Positions 10,420 to 21,802 of a stretch of DNA of 64,000 bases are shown here, in pieces. Location of the stretch: NCBI GenBank assembly GCA_043228905.1, contig JBHGNT010000006.1, positions 3,224,001-3,288,000 on the forward strand. The letters run 5' to 3'. Positions within the stretch are counted from its first letter, which is position 1. The number at the start of each line of letters is the position of its first letter. The position numbers and the translations under genes are program-made. The notes under the pieces are model-generated. The model saw only the letters and a program-made list of their open reading frames with translations. It made no database searches and was not told the DNA's origin. Source of the DNA: Azolla caroliniana. Lineage: Eukaryota > Plantae > Polypodiophyta.

Positions 10420-12546
10420 ATGAGGGGGTCGGATCTCGCAGAGGCCATGGCTTCGGCCGTGGATCGGATTGTAAACGCGCGCGAGAGCACCGGTGCCCTC
10501 GACAGAGCTATTGAGGCGGTCGTCGGCACGATCGGCAGGTTCGATGGGAAGGATGCCACGAAGTATTTGGCGTCCTACGGTGCAGAGATGCTGATGCGGG
10601 ACATTCCGGAAGAAAGGCGTCTTGCCGGATTTCCCCGAGTGGCGATGCCGAGCATCCATGCGGAGGTGCTCGAGGTGCGGACGGAGAGCCGTACCTGGGA
10701 GGAGTTCGAAGGTCGGCTCCTAGAGAAATACGGGCTGGACGACGCGCTCCGGCTTTCGAAGCGAAGGTTCATGGAATGGGTGGAGTCCCCGGGGAAGGGA
10801 AGAAACGCGTCGGCGCTCCTCCGGGAGTTCGAGGAAAACTTTGCGCGCCTTTCGGCGCTTGACCGAACCATCCTGGACACGAGCCGGGTCTTGCTGTTTG
10901 TCAAGTCGGTCGACGAGCGGGATCGGGAGCAAGTGGGCTTCTTGCTGGAAACCGAAGACGGGCTCACTACCGACTGGGCGGCTGTCAGGAAGGTCTGTGG
11001 CCGTTTCGACAAACGGCGAGAATGGGCGGATAACGGGGCGACCGGGTCGGGCTCGGTCGCAGCAAGGAAGCTCGAACCAGCGCCACAGGTGCGCAAAGAA
11101 GAGACCCGGGAGTGGTTGGAAACCGGTTCGGCTTCGACCGGCGTAGTCAGAGGCTCAACCGGAGGAGCGGCGCTGGAGGAATTGACGAAGGCGATAAAGG
11201 ACCTCCAAATCGCGCAGGCCCGAAGGGAAGGAGGCGAACCGGCTCGTGACCGACGGCCGGCGGCAGGAAACAGGTGCATGTGGTGCGATGAAGTCGGCCA
11301 CATTCGGAAGGACTGCGGCGACTTCGCGGAGGCGCTGAGGAACAGGGTGGTGTACCTGTGGGAAGGACGGGTGCATGCCAGCGACACCCGAAGGGCCCTG
11401 AGCCGAAACGACGGAAAAGGCGGTATGAAAGGGGTGATGGAAGAGGCGGCGGCCCGACACGCGGAAACCGTCCACTACTCGGCGTCGGCCGGCATTCGAG
11501 TCGGGGGCGGCGAGGCCCGGAGGGAAAGCAAAGCCGGATTCTGGCCGACGGTGCTGGAAGGCCTTGCCAATACGAGGATGAAGAGGGAGGAATCAGACAG
11601 TGCGGAGAAACGGGTACGGGAGATGACCGGGTGGAGCGACCCGGTCGAGGAAAGGACGGGCTTCGTGGAAGCTGCTTGCCAGAACTACGAGGCTCTGGTA
11701 GAAGAGAAGCGGGTGGGGAGACCCGGGACGACCGGGCCCTCACAACGATACGAGACCCGGTCCGGGCCACGACGGGACGAAGCCGGCGGGGCCGGCACGC
11801 AAGATAAACCCCAGAAGGGCGGGTACCGTCTAGGGACGGAGATAGAAAGGACCACGGACTTACGAAAGGTCCTGGAGGAACGGATCCTCGACAGCAAGGT
11901 GGAGCTGTCGTTACGAGAGGTGCTGGGAATCGCCAAGAAGGAGTTCCATGACTCCATCGTGGACTTGGTGAAACGGAAGAGGCTGTCGACGGAGACAGAA
12001 CCGGAAAGACCGGTAGAAGTGCGGACGACGCACCTAGACGACATGGCGCTGGGAGACGAGTGGGCGGAAAGCCACTATTCGAGACCACACTGGGCCCGAG
12101 CGACCACGGAAACCCCGGTGAAGATCGGCGATGTCCAGGAACCGGTGATAGCTTTGGTGGACCACGGATCGGAGATCAATTTGATGTCCATGGACTTCTA
12201 TAAGAAGGGCAAATGGCCGATCAACACCAAGCACGGGTGGAAAATAAGGGCAGCAACGCGCGCCACCGAGGAACTGCACGGGGCCTGTCCGAATGTGCGG
12301 GTCAAGATTGGCGACGTCGAGATTGACCAACACTTCTTCGTGCAGGAGACGTCTTCGCACCCGGTCATTCTGGGAGAACCGTACATTACGGCGGCGCGGA
12401 TGGAGACCAAAGTGCTGGACAATGGTTCGGCCTACGCGAGGGTCAAAAGCCAAGACGGGCGCCATTCGGTCCAGTTTCTGACGGTAAGGCCGAACCACGA
12501 ACGTAACCGTGATTCCCTCGGTTCCGACAGCCGAGAGGATTTTTAG
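10420..12546 (+). CDS. Element B ORF1: Gag + CCHC knuckle + aspartic protease
   Basis: First ATG at 10420. Motifs RFDGKDATKYL, CMWCDEVGHIRKDC, ALVDHGSEINLM and VILGEPY. Ends G GAT TTT TAG. Confidence 0.9.
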   Translation: MRGSDLAEAMASAVDRIVNARESTGALDRAIEAVVGTIGRFDGKDATKYLASYGAEMLMRDIPEERRLAGFPRVAMPSIHAEVLEVRTESRTWEEFEGRLLEKYGLDDALRLSKRRFMEWVESPGKGRNASALLREFEENFARLSALDRTILDTSRVLLFVKSVDERDREQVGFLLETEDGLTTDWAAVRKVCGRFDKRREWADNGATGSGSVAARKLEPAPQVRKEETREWLETGSASTGVVRGSTGGAALEELTKAIKDLQIAQARREGGEPARDRRPAAGNRCMWCDEVGHIRKDCGDFAEALRNRVVYLWEGRVHASDTRRALSRNDGKGGMKGVMEEAAARHAETVHYSASAGIRVGGGEARRESKAGFWPTVLEGLANTRMKREESDSAEKRVREMTGWSDPVEERTGFVEAACQNYEALVEEKRVGRPGTTGPSQRYETRSGPRRDEAGGAGTQDKPQKGGYRLGTEIERTTDLRKVLEERILDSKVELSLREVLGIAKKEFHDSIVDLVKRKRLSTETEPERPVEVRTTHLDDMALGDEWAESHYSRPHWARATTETPVKIGDVQEPVIALVDHGSEINLMSMDFYKKGKWPINTKHGWKIRAATRATEELHGACPNVRVKIGDVEIDQHFFVQETSSHPVILGEPYITAARMETKVLDNGSAYARVKSQDGRHSVQFLTVRPNHERNRDSLGSDSREDF

Positions 12547-15500
12547 AGAGGGCTGCCAAGGCGTGGGGCCGCGACAGTCCGGACACCCCGGGAAAACCCC
12601 ACACCTGTACGATAAAGCCGAAGAAACCTTGTACCATAGGTAGGGAATTTTTGTTCTCCGACAGCGGAGCGTGCACGACAGTCGACATCGGAGGCCGAGA
12701 GAAGAAGAAGGCGGAGGGGAGACTTCGAGCGTGCGGAGTTCTCGGCCCTGACGAGGAAATCAACGAAGCCGTGGAGGCGGTCTCATTCGACGACACCTTG
12801 GGAATGCTGGGAAAGGTAGTCGAAAAAGGCCTTAGCGAAGACCGGACGATACCGGTGTGTTCCGAGGAGATGTACGAAGTCATCGCGGACTTCGGTCGAG
12901 GGCTCGAGTCAGTTCGGACGGCCCACGTAAGCACCAAGTACAAGACTGTGGACCGGAAGGTAAGGCCAGTCGCGGCACCCTTACCGGAGGACAGCGCGTC
13001 GAGAATCAAAGGGGTTGCATCGGACCCTAGTCTACGAGATCCGGCCTGCATAGGACACACCTTCACCGACGAGACGCTCCGAGAGCTCAAAATCGGTGGG
13101 GGCGGGTTCCTACTGCCGGCGGAGGAAGACCGGTTTCGGAGAATGCTCGGAAGGCACGGGAAAGCCTTCGCATTCTCGCCGGAGGAAATCGGGTGCGTTG
13201 ACCCGACGATCGTGGAGCCGATGGTGATATTCACGGTACCGCATGTACCATGGAATCTCAAGCCAATCCCGGTTCCGAGAGCTCACATCCCGAAGTTGAT
13301 GGAGCTGCTGAGGCAGAAAGTTGATATGGGAATTCTCGAGCCGTCGAGCGCCCCATATTCGAATCGATGGTTTACCGTACCGAAGAAAAACGGTTCGTTG
13401 CGCTTCATCCAGGACCTGTAGCCGGTCAATCGAGTGACGATTCGGAACGCAGGGATCGGACCGACCATAGACGAGTTCGCGGAGGCCTTCGCCGGAAGGT
13501 CAATTTACTCGGTCGGGGATCTATACTCAGGGTACGACCAGTTCCAGCTAGCCGTGGAGAGCAGAGACATTACGACGATGCGAACTCCCCTTGGCCTAGT
13601 TCGGATGTGTACACTGCCGCAAGGAGGGACCAACTCGGTGGCCCACATGGTGAATGCGATGAACAAGGTTCTGAGGGACTGTATCCCGGACATCACCATG
13701 CCGTTTCTGGACGACATTCCGATCAAGGGATGCCCGGTGGAAGAAAAGGACGAGACGATCGGGCCGGACGGATGCCGGCGATTCGTGGTAACGCACATCG
13801 ACGACTGCGAGAAGGTGCTACAAAGGCTAGAGGATGCAAGACTCACCTTCTCCGGGGAGAAGTCGGCCTTCGGGCAGTCAGAAATCATGGTGGTCGGACA
13901 CCTGTGCGGACCATATGGCCGGAAACCGTCTCCGGCAAAGGTAGAAGCCATCTCCGCGATGAAGCCCGACTGCAGCTCTGTCACGGAAGTACGGAGATTC
14001 CTGGGGGCATGCGCGTTCTACCACATATGGATCCCGCATTACGCACACGTCGCTGAGCCACTGTACGGGTTGCTGAAAAAAGGGCGAAGGTTCGAATGGC
14101 TAGACGAGCACGCGGAATCGGTCCGGAAGCTGAAAGAGGCTCTTGCAGCGGCACCGGCACTTCGGAAGGCGGTATACGGGAAGGGCGCCCCGGTATTCAT
14201 AACGGTGGATACCAGTCCGACCGGGATCGGATGGGTCGTGAACCAGGAAGACGAGGACGGCAGTCGGTTTCCGATCCGATTCGGCGCGAAAGTCCTCAGT
14301 GAACGGCAGCGAGGATACGCCCAGGTTAAACGCGAACTCTGGGGTATCGTTTCGGCGGTTAAGGCCGACAAAGACTACCTGATAGGGACAGAAGTGATCA
14401 TCGAGACGGATTGCCTGCCGATTCTCGGTATGGTTTCCGGATGCGCGATTCCGGACCTGGTGATGCTCAGGTGGATAGCGTACATCAAGTCCCTGGACCC
14501 GGAAATACGACACATTTCCGGGAAAGACAACGCCATGGCCGACATGCTTTCAAGAGCGAGGTTCGACGACGAGGGCGGCATGGTTTCGGAAGACGAAGAA
14601 GTCGGCGTGGATTTCTTCGAGGCGGCATACATGACGACCGACGGGATGAGCACTCCGGCGCTTAACGAGTTCGACGCGAGCAAGTACGACGGGGAGTGGC
14701 TGCAGATCGGCGGGTTTTTGAAGACAATGACGCCCGATGCGTCATGGACGAAGGACCAGGCCGACCGGATCCGGAAGAAAGCATATCGATTCTTTCTCCG
14801 AGATGGGCATTTGTGGAAGCACCCGAAGAAGAGGAACGGCGTCCCGCTCCGGGTGGTGGCGATGAAGGAAGAACAGGAGGAGCTACTGGCGGCCTACCAC
14901 GACAGCCCTTGGGCTGGACACCGTGGAACGTGGGCGACATTTGAGAAGCTGAAGGGGAAGTACTGGTGGCCGGGATTGTACCGGGACGTGCATCGGTTCG
15001 TGTCAACTTGCGAGAGTTGTCAGATGCACTCGATAGTCCGACACCGGGACGGGCTTCGCCCTACGTACCCTCCGACTATCCACTTCAAATGGATGGTAGA
15101 TCTAGTTACGATGCCGATGGGGGTAGGACAGATGCGGTATCTGGTCCTAGCGCGGGAGGACCTGACGAACCAGGTGGAAGGCCGAGCCCTTCAGAATAAG
15201 ACGACCGCGGCCGTATGTCGGTTCCTGATCGAGGACGTGATATGCCGGTACGGGTGCGTCGGGAAGATCGTGGCTGACCGAGGGGAGTTGGACACCGAGG
15301 AAGCCACGGAGCTGTTTGATCGGCTGGGAGTCAAGCTCTCGCTCACCACTGCGTACAACCCGGAGGCGAATGGAAAGGTGGAGCGCGGACACGGGCCGAT
15401 CGTTAAAGCGCTGGTTCGGGCGTGCGGGGGCCAAATCGGTAACTGGCCGCGACTTCTACCTTATGCTTTGTGGGCCGACCGGACTACGCACAGTTCGGTA

Positions 15501-16034
15501 ACCGGGTACATGCCGACAGAGCTCATGTTCGGCCAGAAGCCGATCATGCCGATGGAACGAACAATCTCCTCATGGGCAACGGTCGACTGGAGGGACGAGA
15601 TGAGCCGGGAGGACTTGTTGGCAGCGCGTATACGACAACTCGAACGGAGACCGGAGGACGTGGAGACGGCTGCAGAAAGGATCCGAGTGGCGAGGATAAA
15701 GAACAAGGCCAGGTTCGACCGAACGCACCGACTCCGACCGACGAAGATCGAACAAGGTGACTGGGTGCTCGTCTACGACAGCAGCCTCGACAACCAGCAC
15801 CGAGCAACGCGGAAGTTCGCGCGGAGATGGTTCGGGCCGTACACGGTACAGAGCGCCAACGACAACGGGACGTATCATCTGGCGGAACTCGACGGTACGA
15901 GAATAGCGATACCCGTGGCCGGGAAGAGGATCAAAGCTTTCAAGAAGCGGCACGACGACGAACCCGACCCGATTCTCCTGGACAGCAGCGACGACCGGTC
16001 CGAGGCCGAGGAAGGGCCGGCAGGCGAAGAGTAA
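12543..16034 (+). pseudogene. Element B ORF2: RT-RNase H-integrase in the -1 frame, with one in-frame stop at 13419-13421
   Basis: ORFs 12651..13421 and 13434..16034 share a frame, separated by TAG in FIQDL*PVN (likely CAG>TAG). Motifs FLDD, VDTSPTG, HRGTWATF...CESCQ, WMVDL and WFGPY. Confidence 0.9.
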
Positions 16035-16105
16035 AGGCGGGCCGGTTTTCTCCGTGCCAACTTAATTGGCGCATGCCGGTGGATGCGCGGTTAGGTGGGG
16101 GCGGA

Positions 16106-16803
16106 TGTCGTGAAGAAAACCGCCCGCAAGAGGAATCGGAGAAGCAAGGCGTGGGAAACGGCTCTACACACACACGCGCGCCAAGAAGTACCTAAGGACG
16201 AAGTAGGTACATACGAGGATCCTGGGTGGGTAGATTCGGTTGGTATGCAGTTAATGCCAAACGGTCTCTTGAGGGGCTACAAAAAGGAAGAGGAAGAACG
16301 GAAAGAGATATCTCGCGCGGAGAGGACGAAGTGCTGCGGAACCGATTTGGAAGCTCCTCTCTCACTCCTGCTTTCTCTGTCTTCTGCTCCATCGCGTACC
16401 TGTGCAGGTTTCGAGGAGGCTCGCGCTGTTCCGAGGAACGCCCCGAGTGCGTCCTGCAGCACCTCCGACCTGTTTTCCCCTTTCCGTGCGTCGCGACATA
16501 CAGGGGTCGGCATCTGTTCGCCGCCTTGTTCGTTTTCGTTAGTATCTATTTCGTGCCCCGCCGTGGGTTGTAACACTTTAGCCTGTTATTTTCTTGCATT
16601 CATAAGTAAAGATCTTTCGTGGTTGCGTCCATCTGTGTCGGCGTTCATTTGTGATCTCTGTTTGTTGGGCCGTGTCCCTGTGCAAACTTCGGTTCTGTGT
16701 AATCGGGTCTCCCTCTCCTTCTCCTCTCTCTCTCTTGCTCTTCGGTCCAAGACCCCCGTGGTCCCTCCTCCTTTCTGCACGCAGGGGCGTAGTAACCCCG
16801 ACA
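16106..16803 (+). repeat. Element B 3' LTR
   Basis: Copy of 9679-10376. Confidence 0.96.
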
Positions 16804-19800
16804 ACGTTCGAGGCATTGAAAACCCAGTTTTTACGCCTGTTTCATAGACGAGTGGAACAAAGGGAATTGGTCGGACAATTCTACACCACCCGGCAGGGAG
16901 AAAACGAGACGGTCCCACAATTTATCATTCGTTTCCAGACCTTGCACAGTCAATTAGCAAGAGCACCACCCGAAGAGGAGGCCAAAGCAGTCTTTTTGGC
17001 TGCGTTGAAAGAGCCACTTCGAGCGATGTGTGGAATCCTCGATTTCAGCACCAGCACAATGGACCAAGTCATTGATCGGGTCCTGGAAATGGACAAGACG
17101 AGCCCCTTCTTGCCGATGGGGGCGTTACACCAGGCGCTTCCGAAGGAGGAGGACCTCCGGTTCCGACAAGCCCTACAATGCACAACATGCCTAAATTCGG
17201 GGCACTCGACCGTCGACTGCACCCTGCGTGCACAGTGCATGATATGCAATTCTCGCGCCCACACAACGAACCGATGCGAGTATAACCTGTTAACTCGACA
17301 AGCGGCACCAGTCCGACACATAGAACCGCGCAATCGGGACCCGGAAGAGGATCGATTCCGGAGGGACGACCGCTACCGACGAGAACGCAGCGACAGATAC
17401 CCCGATAGAAGACGCGACAGCTATGACCGAGAGGAGAACCGCAGGGATAGCTACCCCCGGGACCGGTACGACCGAGACGAATCCCCGGAATACGAGCGAC
17501 GCAGAGAAGAAAGGCGGCCAGGGAACCGGAATTTCCGACGGAACCAAAGGCGTGGATTCTTCCGTAGAGAGGAGCGTCGGGAGGCAGCAAGGAATGACAA
17601 ACCAGTAGCGGCACCGGAGAACCGACAAACCGAGGACAACCGCCGAGGATTGCCCCTTCCCCAAACAGGGGAAAAAGGAGAATCCAGCAACACGCACAGG
17701 GTGTACTGTTATTACTGCCGAAAAGAGGGGCATTACAGTAATCAATGCCCAAGCAAAACAACCGACAAGCAGCCGGCAGTCAACATGGTGACAGCCGAAG
17801 TACAGCAGGTTACCACGCGGTCGAAGGGGAAGGCCGCCGAATGGGAAGCCCAGGAAGCAATCAGAAAACAAGCGGCACAATGGATCAAAGAAGCCAACGA
17901 ACAAGGTGCGGCGGAAGTAAGAGACCAGAATATGCCAAAGGATGAGGACATCGTACAGCCAGGAGAAAACCCGACATGGCAAGCATTACAAGATTGTCAG
18001 ATCGTGCTGCCGTTGGCACGGTTACTGCAGTTGGTGCCGCGGTTTACAGCAGACTTACAAGCCGCCGTGAGCAAACCGACGCCGACGCCAGCACCGGCAT
18101 TTTTCTCCAACCCGGAGGAAGGCCCAGCGGTGGTCGATACCAGTAGCCCAGCAATCACGACAATCGTCAAAGGAAAGGAGATTCCAGGAACAATTATTGA
18201 CGGAGGCTCCGGGGTGAACGTCATCAGTCGACAGACATGCGACGACCTAGGCATCCAGGAGTGGGAACCATGCCCCTTCTGGTTACGCATGGCGGATACA
18301 AGCTCAGTCCGACCAACCGGTCTTATCCGGGACTTGGAAGTAACGATAGGAGGCCACGTATTCCGGATATCGGCCGTGGTACTAGAGCTGAATGTACAAG
18401 GCGCATATCCCCTACTGTTAGGACGACCATGGCTGCGAACGGCGCATATCAAGCAAAACTGGCAAAAGAATATGATCACGTTCCGACGAGGGAAAACAAA
18501 GGTACGGGTAGCCACGCAACCACGGGTGCTCACTAGCAAGGAGGCAACCCCTTTATATGCCGAAAGCATCAACATGTTGGAGGGCTTACCGGATGAGGAA
18601 GTTGATCGTTACCTCGAGGAACACCCACAGATCGTCCCACTTTTTGAGGTGGATATTACGGCAGCAGTAGAGCCGTACATCACAATGCCGGACGAGCCGG
18701 ACAAAGCGGCGATCCGGGAACTACGCCAAGCACAGGAAGCCCTAGAAAGAGAAATGACGATATCCCAAAGGGTGAAAGCATCCCAGCTGGAAGAGGTGGA
18801 CCTCGGCACAACCGAACAACCCCGACCGGTAAAAGTCGCGAAGGAATTGCCGAAGGAGGAAAAACAGGCAATGGTAGCACTGTTAACGGATTTCAAGGAC
18901 GTGTTCGCATGGTCATACGAAGACATGCAAGGGCTGGACCCCCAGCTCTACCAGCACCAAATTCATCTAAGTACTGACGCGAAACCCATCGCTCAACGCC
19001 GGTACCGGATGAATCCAAACTATGCGGCAAAGGTGAAGGAGGAAATTGACAAGCTTCTCCGGGTCGGATTTATCCGACCAGTCAAGCAGGCAACCTGGCT
19101 GAGCCCGATAGTGGTGGTCCCGAAAAAGAACGGCAAAATCCGGGTATGTGTGGACTACAGGAAACTAAATGCCGCGACAGTGACCGACGCTTTTCCACTA
19201 CCATTCACGGACGGAGTGCTAGATGCGGTGGCCGGCCACGAAGTTTACAGCTTCCTGGATGGATTCAGCGGCTACAACCAAATCCGAATGAACCCGGCCG
19301 ACCAAGAGAAAACAACGTTCGTGACGGAATGGGGAGTGTTCGTCGCGGTCGTGATGATGTTCGGATTAAAGACAACCCCTGCAACATTTCAAAGGATAAT
19401 TATGGAAATCTTCGGGGATTTTATTCCCGGTTTTATGCAGGTCTTCCTAGACGATTTCGCCGTCTACAGCCGACATGGAGAGCATCTCGATCACCTACGA
19501 CTATGCTTAGAAAAGTGTCGCGAGTACCGATTAAGTCTGAACCCGGCTAAGTGCGTCTTTGGAGTCGCAAGCGGCAACTTGTTAGGGCACGTGGTGAGTC
19601 GGGAAGGAATCGCGGTAGATCCGGATAAAGTAAAAGCAATTCTCGACGCACCGGCACCGAATAACGCAAAGGCTTTAAGCCGATTCCTTGGTCAAATAAG
19701 GTGGCATAGTCGGATGATACGGCACCTTGCCGACTTTGCTACACCATTGCACGCTGCTGTACATAGAGTACCTTTCCAATGGACAGAAACGGAGGAGAAA

Positions 19801-21750
19801 GCCTACCAAGCGTTGAAGGTCATGCTGTCACAAGCTCCGGTGGTGCAGCCGCCGGACTGGAGTAAAAGCTTTCACGTCTTCGTCGACGCGTCGGACGTAG
19901 CAATCGGCAGCGTTTTGATGCAACTCACGGAACCGAAATGGTATCGGCCGGTGTACTACGCAAGCAGGAAACTCTCGAAAGCCGAACGGAACTACTCTAC
20001 AACGGAACGAGAGGCATTAGGAATGGTGTACAGTGTCACAAAGTACAGGCACTATCTGCTCGGACGAAAGTTCTCCTTCCACGTTGACCACTCGGCACTA
20101 CTCTACCTGGTCTCAAAGGCAGCCCTGACAGGAAAACTCGCACGATGGACGTTGCTATTACAGGAATTCGAATTCGACATTTTCCACCGACCCGGGGTGC
20201 AGCATGCGGTAGCAGACTACCTGAGCAGACTAGAATCCGGAGAATCAGGGGACGGCGTACAGGACGAATTTCCCGACGCCGAGCTGTTTAGGGTCACGAC
20301 GGCACCGGCAACGGAGGCCACAGTAGTGGACGAAGACAAATGGTTAACCGAAATGCATCAGTTCCTAAGCACCGGAGTTCCCCCGGAAAACCTGGACCGA
20401 GACGAACGGAAAAGGATGGCAGTACGGAGCAGACATTTCTGCTTGGTAGGAGACACCCTCTATCACAAGGGAGCAGATGGCGTATGGAGGCGAGCAGTGC
20501 GGAGCGATGAAAAGGATCTGATCCTGAGGGAAGCCCACTGTGGAATTGCAGGCGGGCATTATGCCGGCGAAACAACAGCCCGGAAGATATGGCAGAGCGG
20601 ACTATGGTGGCCGACTACCATGAGAGATGCCGTTAAGTATAGCAGGGAATGCGACCTGTGTCAACGACTGGGCCAACCCACGGAGCAGGCCCGGATGCCA
20701 CATCACCCGGTCTTGCCATTAGAACCATTCCAAAAGTGGGGCTTGGACTTTGTCGGTCCATTCAAGCCACCGGCAATGCGGACCGGAAATCGGTATATAA
20801 TAGTGGCTACCGACTACTGCACGAAATGGGTAGAAGCAAAGGCATTACGGGACAACACGGCGGCGTCCACGGCCAAATTTTTATACGAATGCATATGGTG
20901 TCGGTACGGATGCCCGATTGAGCTGATCAGTGACCAGGGAGGACATTTCCTCGGGCAGGTGGTGGAAAGTTTGACATCATTCTATGCGGTAGTACACAAA
21001 CAAAGCACTCCCTACTACCCTCAAGCCAACGGATTAGCGGAATCAACGAATAAAACGCTACAGAACATCCTTAGAAAAATCGTCAATGAGAACCGGACCG
21101 ACTGGGACACGAAGTTGCAGAGCGTGCTGTGGGCGTACCGAACGGCGTATAAGACTAGCATCCGGACGACCCCGTTCCGACTGGCATTCGGCTTGGAAGC
21201 AGTCATGCCAGTAGAATTCCAAATTCCTAGCTTAAGAATACAGGTTAAGGAGCGGTTAAGCGAGAAGGAATCCGAACGAATTCGGCTGGCGATGCTGTTG
21301 GAACTGGAAGAAAATCGAATAGCCAGCCTGCTACAGCTAGAACTAGAGCAAAGGAGGAGGAAAGCCTTTGTAGACCGACACCGGCGCGGTAACGAAAAGG
21401 AATTCGAAGTCGGGAAACCAGTATTGCTGTTCCAGACACGGATGGGGAACATGCCGGGGAAATTGCGATTTCGATGGACCGGACCATTCTGGATCACAAA
21501 GGAGTACAATGGGTCTTACCAGCTCGGGACGTTGTCAGGAGAAGTTGTGGGCAAATGGGCAAATGGGTTTCGCCTAAAACCGTATAAGGGGCACATGCCA
21601 GCTAACCCCTTCAAGCAAGACCCGGACATCCTGAATGGCGAGGAACCGACACAGATCCGGAGGACCGAGGAGCCGACACCGAGGCGGAACAACGAGGAAC
21701 CGACAACAGTACGCACCGACCCGAACACATCGGGGGGAACCGAACAATGA
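16804..21750 (+). CDS. Element A Gag-Pol remainder (3 CCHC knuckles, PR, RT, RNase H, INT; no chromodomain)
   Basis: Motifs CTTCLNSGHSTVDC, CMICNSRAHTTNRC, CYYCRKEGHYSNQC, IIDGGSG, FLDD, FVDASD, WGLDFVGP and KLRFRWTGPF. Open for 1648 codons. Confidence 0.93.
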   Translation, partial: TFEALKTQFLRLFHRRVEQRELVGQFYTTRQGENETVPQFIIRFQTLHSQLARAPPEEEAKAVFLAALKEPLRAMCGILDFSTSTMDQVIDRVLEMDKTSPFLPMGALHQALPKEEDLRFRQALQCTTCLNSGHSTVDCTLRAQCMICNSRAHTTNRCEYNLLTRQAAPVRHIEPRNRDPEEDRFRRDDRYRRERSDRYPDRRRDSYDREENRRDSYPRDRYDRDESPEYERRREERRPGNRNFRRNQRRGFFRREERREAARNDKPVAAPENRQTEDNRRGLPLPQTGEKGESSNTHRVYCYYCRKEGHYSNQCPSKTTDKQPAVNMVTAEVQQVTTRSKGKAAEWEAQEAIRKQAAQWIKEANEQGAAEVRDQNMPKDEDIVQPGENPTWQALQDCQIVLPLARLLQLVPRFTADLQAAVSKPTPTPAPAFFSNPEEGPAVVDTSSPAITTIVKGKEIPGTIIDGGSGVNVISRQTCDDLGIQEWEPCPFWLRMADTSSVRPTGLIRDLEVTIGGHVFRISAVVLELNVQGAYPLLLGRPWLRTAHIKQNWQKNMITFRRGKTKVRVATQPRVLTSKEATPLYAESINMLEGLPDEEVDRYLEEHPQIVPLFEVDITAAVEPYITMPDEPDKAAIRELRQAQEALEREMTISQRVKASQLEEVDLGTTEQPRPVKVAKELPKEEKQAMVALLTDFKDVFAWSYEDMQGLDPQLYQHQIHLSTDAKPIAQRRYRMNPNYAAKVKEEIDKLLRVGFIRPVKQATWLSPIVVVPKKNGKIRVCVDYRKLNAATVTDAFPLPFTDGVLDAVAGHEVYSFLDGFSGYNQIRMNPADQEKTTFVTEWGVFVAVVMMFGLKTTPATFQRIIMEIFGDFIPGFMQVFLDDFAVYSRHGEHLDHLRLCLEKCREYRLSLNPAKCVFGVASGNLLGHVVSREGIAVDPDKVKAILDAPAPNNAKALSRFLGQIRWHSRMIRHLADFATPLHAAVHRVPFQWTETEEKAYQALKVMLSQAPVVQPPDWSKSFHVFVDASDVAIGSVLMQLTEPKWYRPVYYASRKLSKAERNYSTTEREALGMVYSVTKYRHYLLGRKFSFHVDHSALLYLVSKAALTGKLARWTLLLQEFEFDIFHRPGVQHAVADYLSRLESGESGDGVQDEFPDAELFRVTTAPATEATVVDEDKWLTEMHQFLSTGVPPENLDRDERKRMAVRSRHFCLVGDTLYHKGADGVWRRAVRSDEKDLILREAHCGIAGGHYAGETTARKIWQSGLWWPTTMRDAVKYSRECDLCQRLGQPTEQARMPHHPVLPLEPFQKWGLDFVGPFKPPAMRTGNRYIIVATDYCTKWVEAKALRDNTAASTAKFLYECIWCRYGCPIELISDQGGHFLGQVVESLTSFYAVVHKQSTPYYPQANGLAESTNKTLQNILRKIVNENRTDWDTKLQSVLWAYRTAYKTSIRTTPFRLAFGLEAVMPVEFQIPSLRIQVKERLSEKESERIRLAMLLELEENRIASLLQLELEQRRRKAFVDRHRRGNEKEFEVGKPVLLFQTRMGNMPGKLRFRWTGPFWITKEYNGSYQLGTLSGEVVGKWANGFRLKPYKGHMPANPFKQDPDILNGEEPTQIRRTEEPTPRRNNEEPTTVRTDPNTSGGTEQ

Positions 21751-21765
21751 TGCGGCACATGGTGA

Positions 21766-21771
21766 AAGAAA

Positions 21772-21802
<31 letters not shown>

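Larger units (their letters stand above)
9679..16803 (+). mobile_element. Gypsy element B (fungal/Ylt1-like non-chromovirus) nested in A gag
   Basis: 698-bp LTRs at 9679-10376 and 16106-16803 with no differences seen. 4-bp TSD ATGT (9675-9678) / ACGT (16804-16807), tRNA-Trp PBS, G-rich PPT at ~16093-16105. Confidence 0.95.

Noticed and set aside
13419-13421. Programmed stop-codon readthrough in element B pol
   Set aside because: The stop is inside a conserved RT motif where Gln (CAG) is expected and lacks a CAR-YYA context; a point mutation is simpler.
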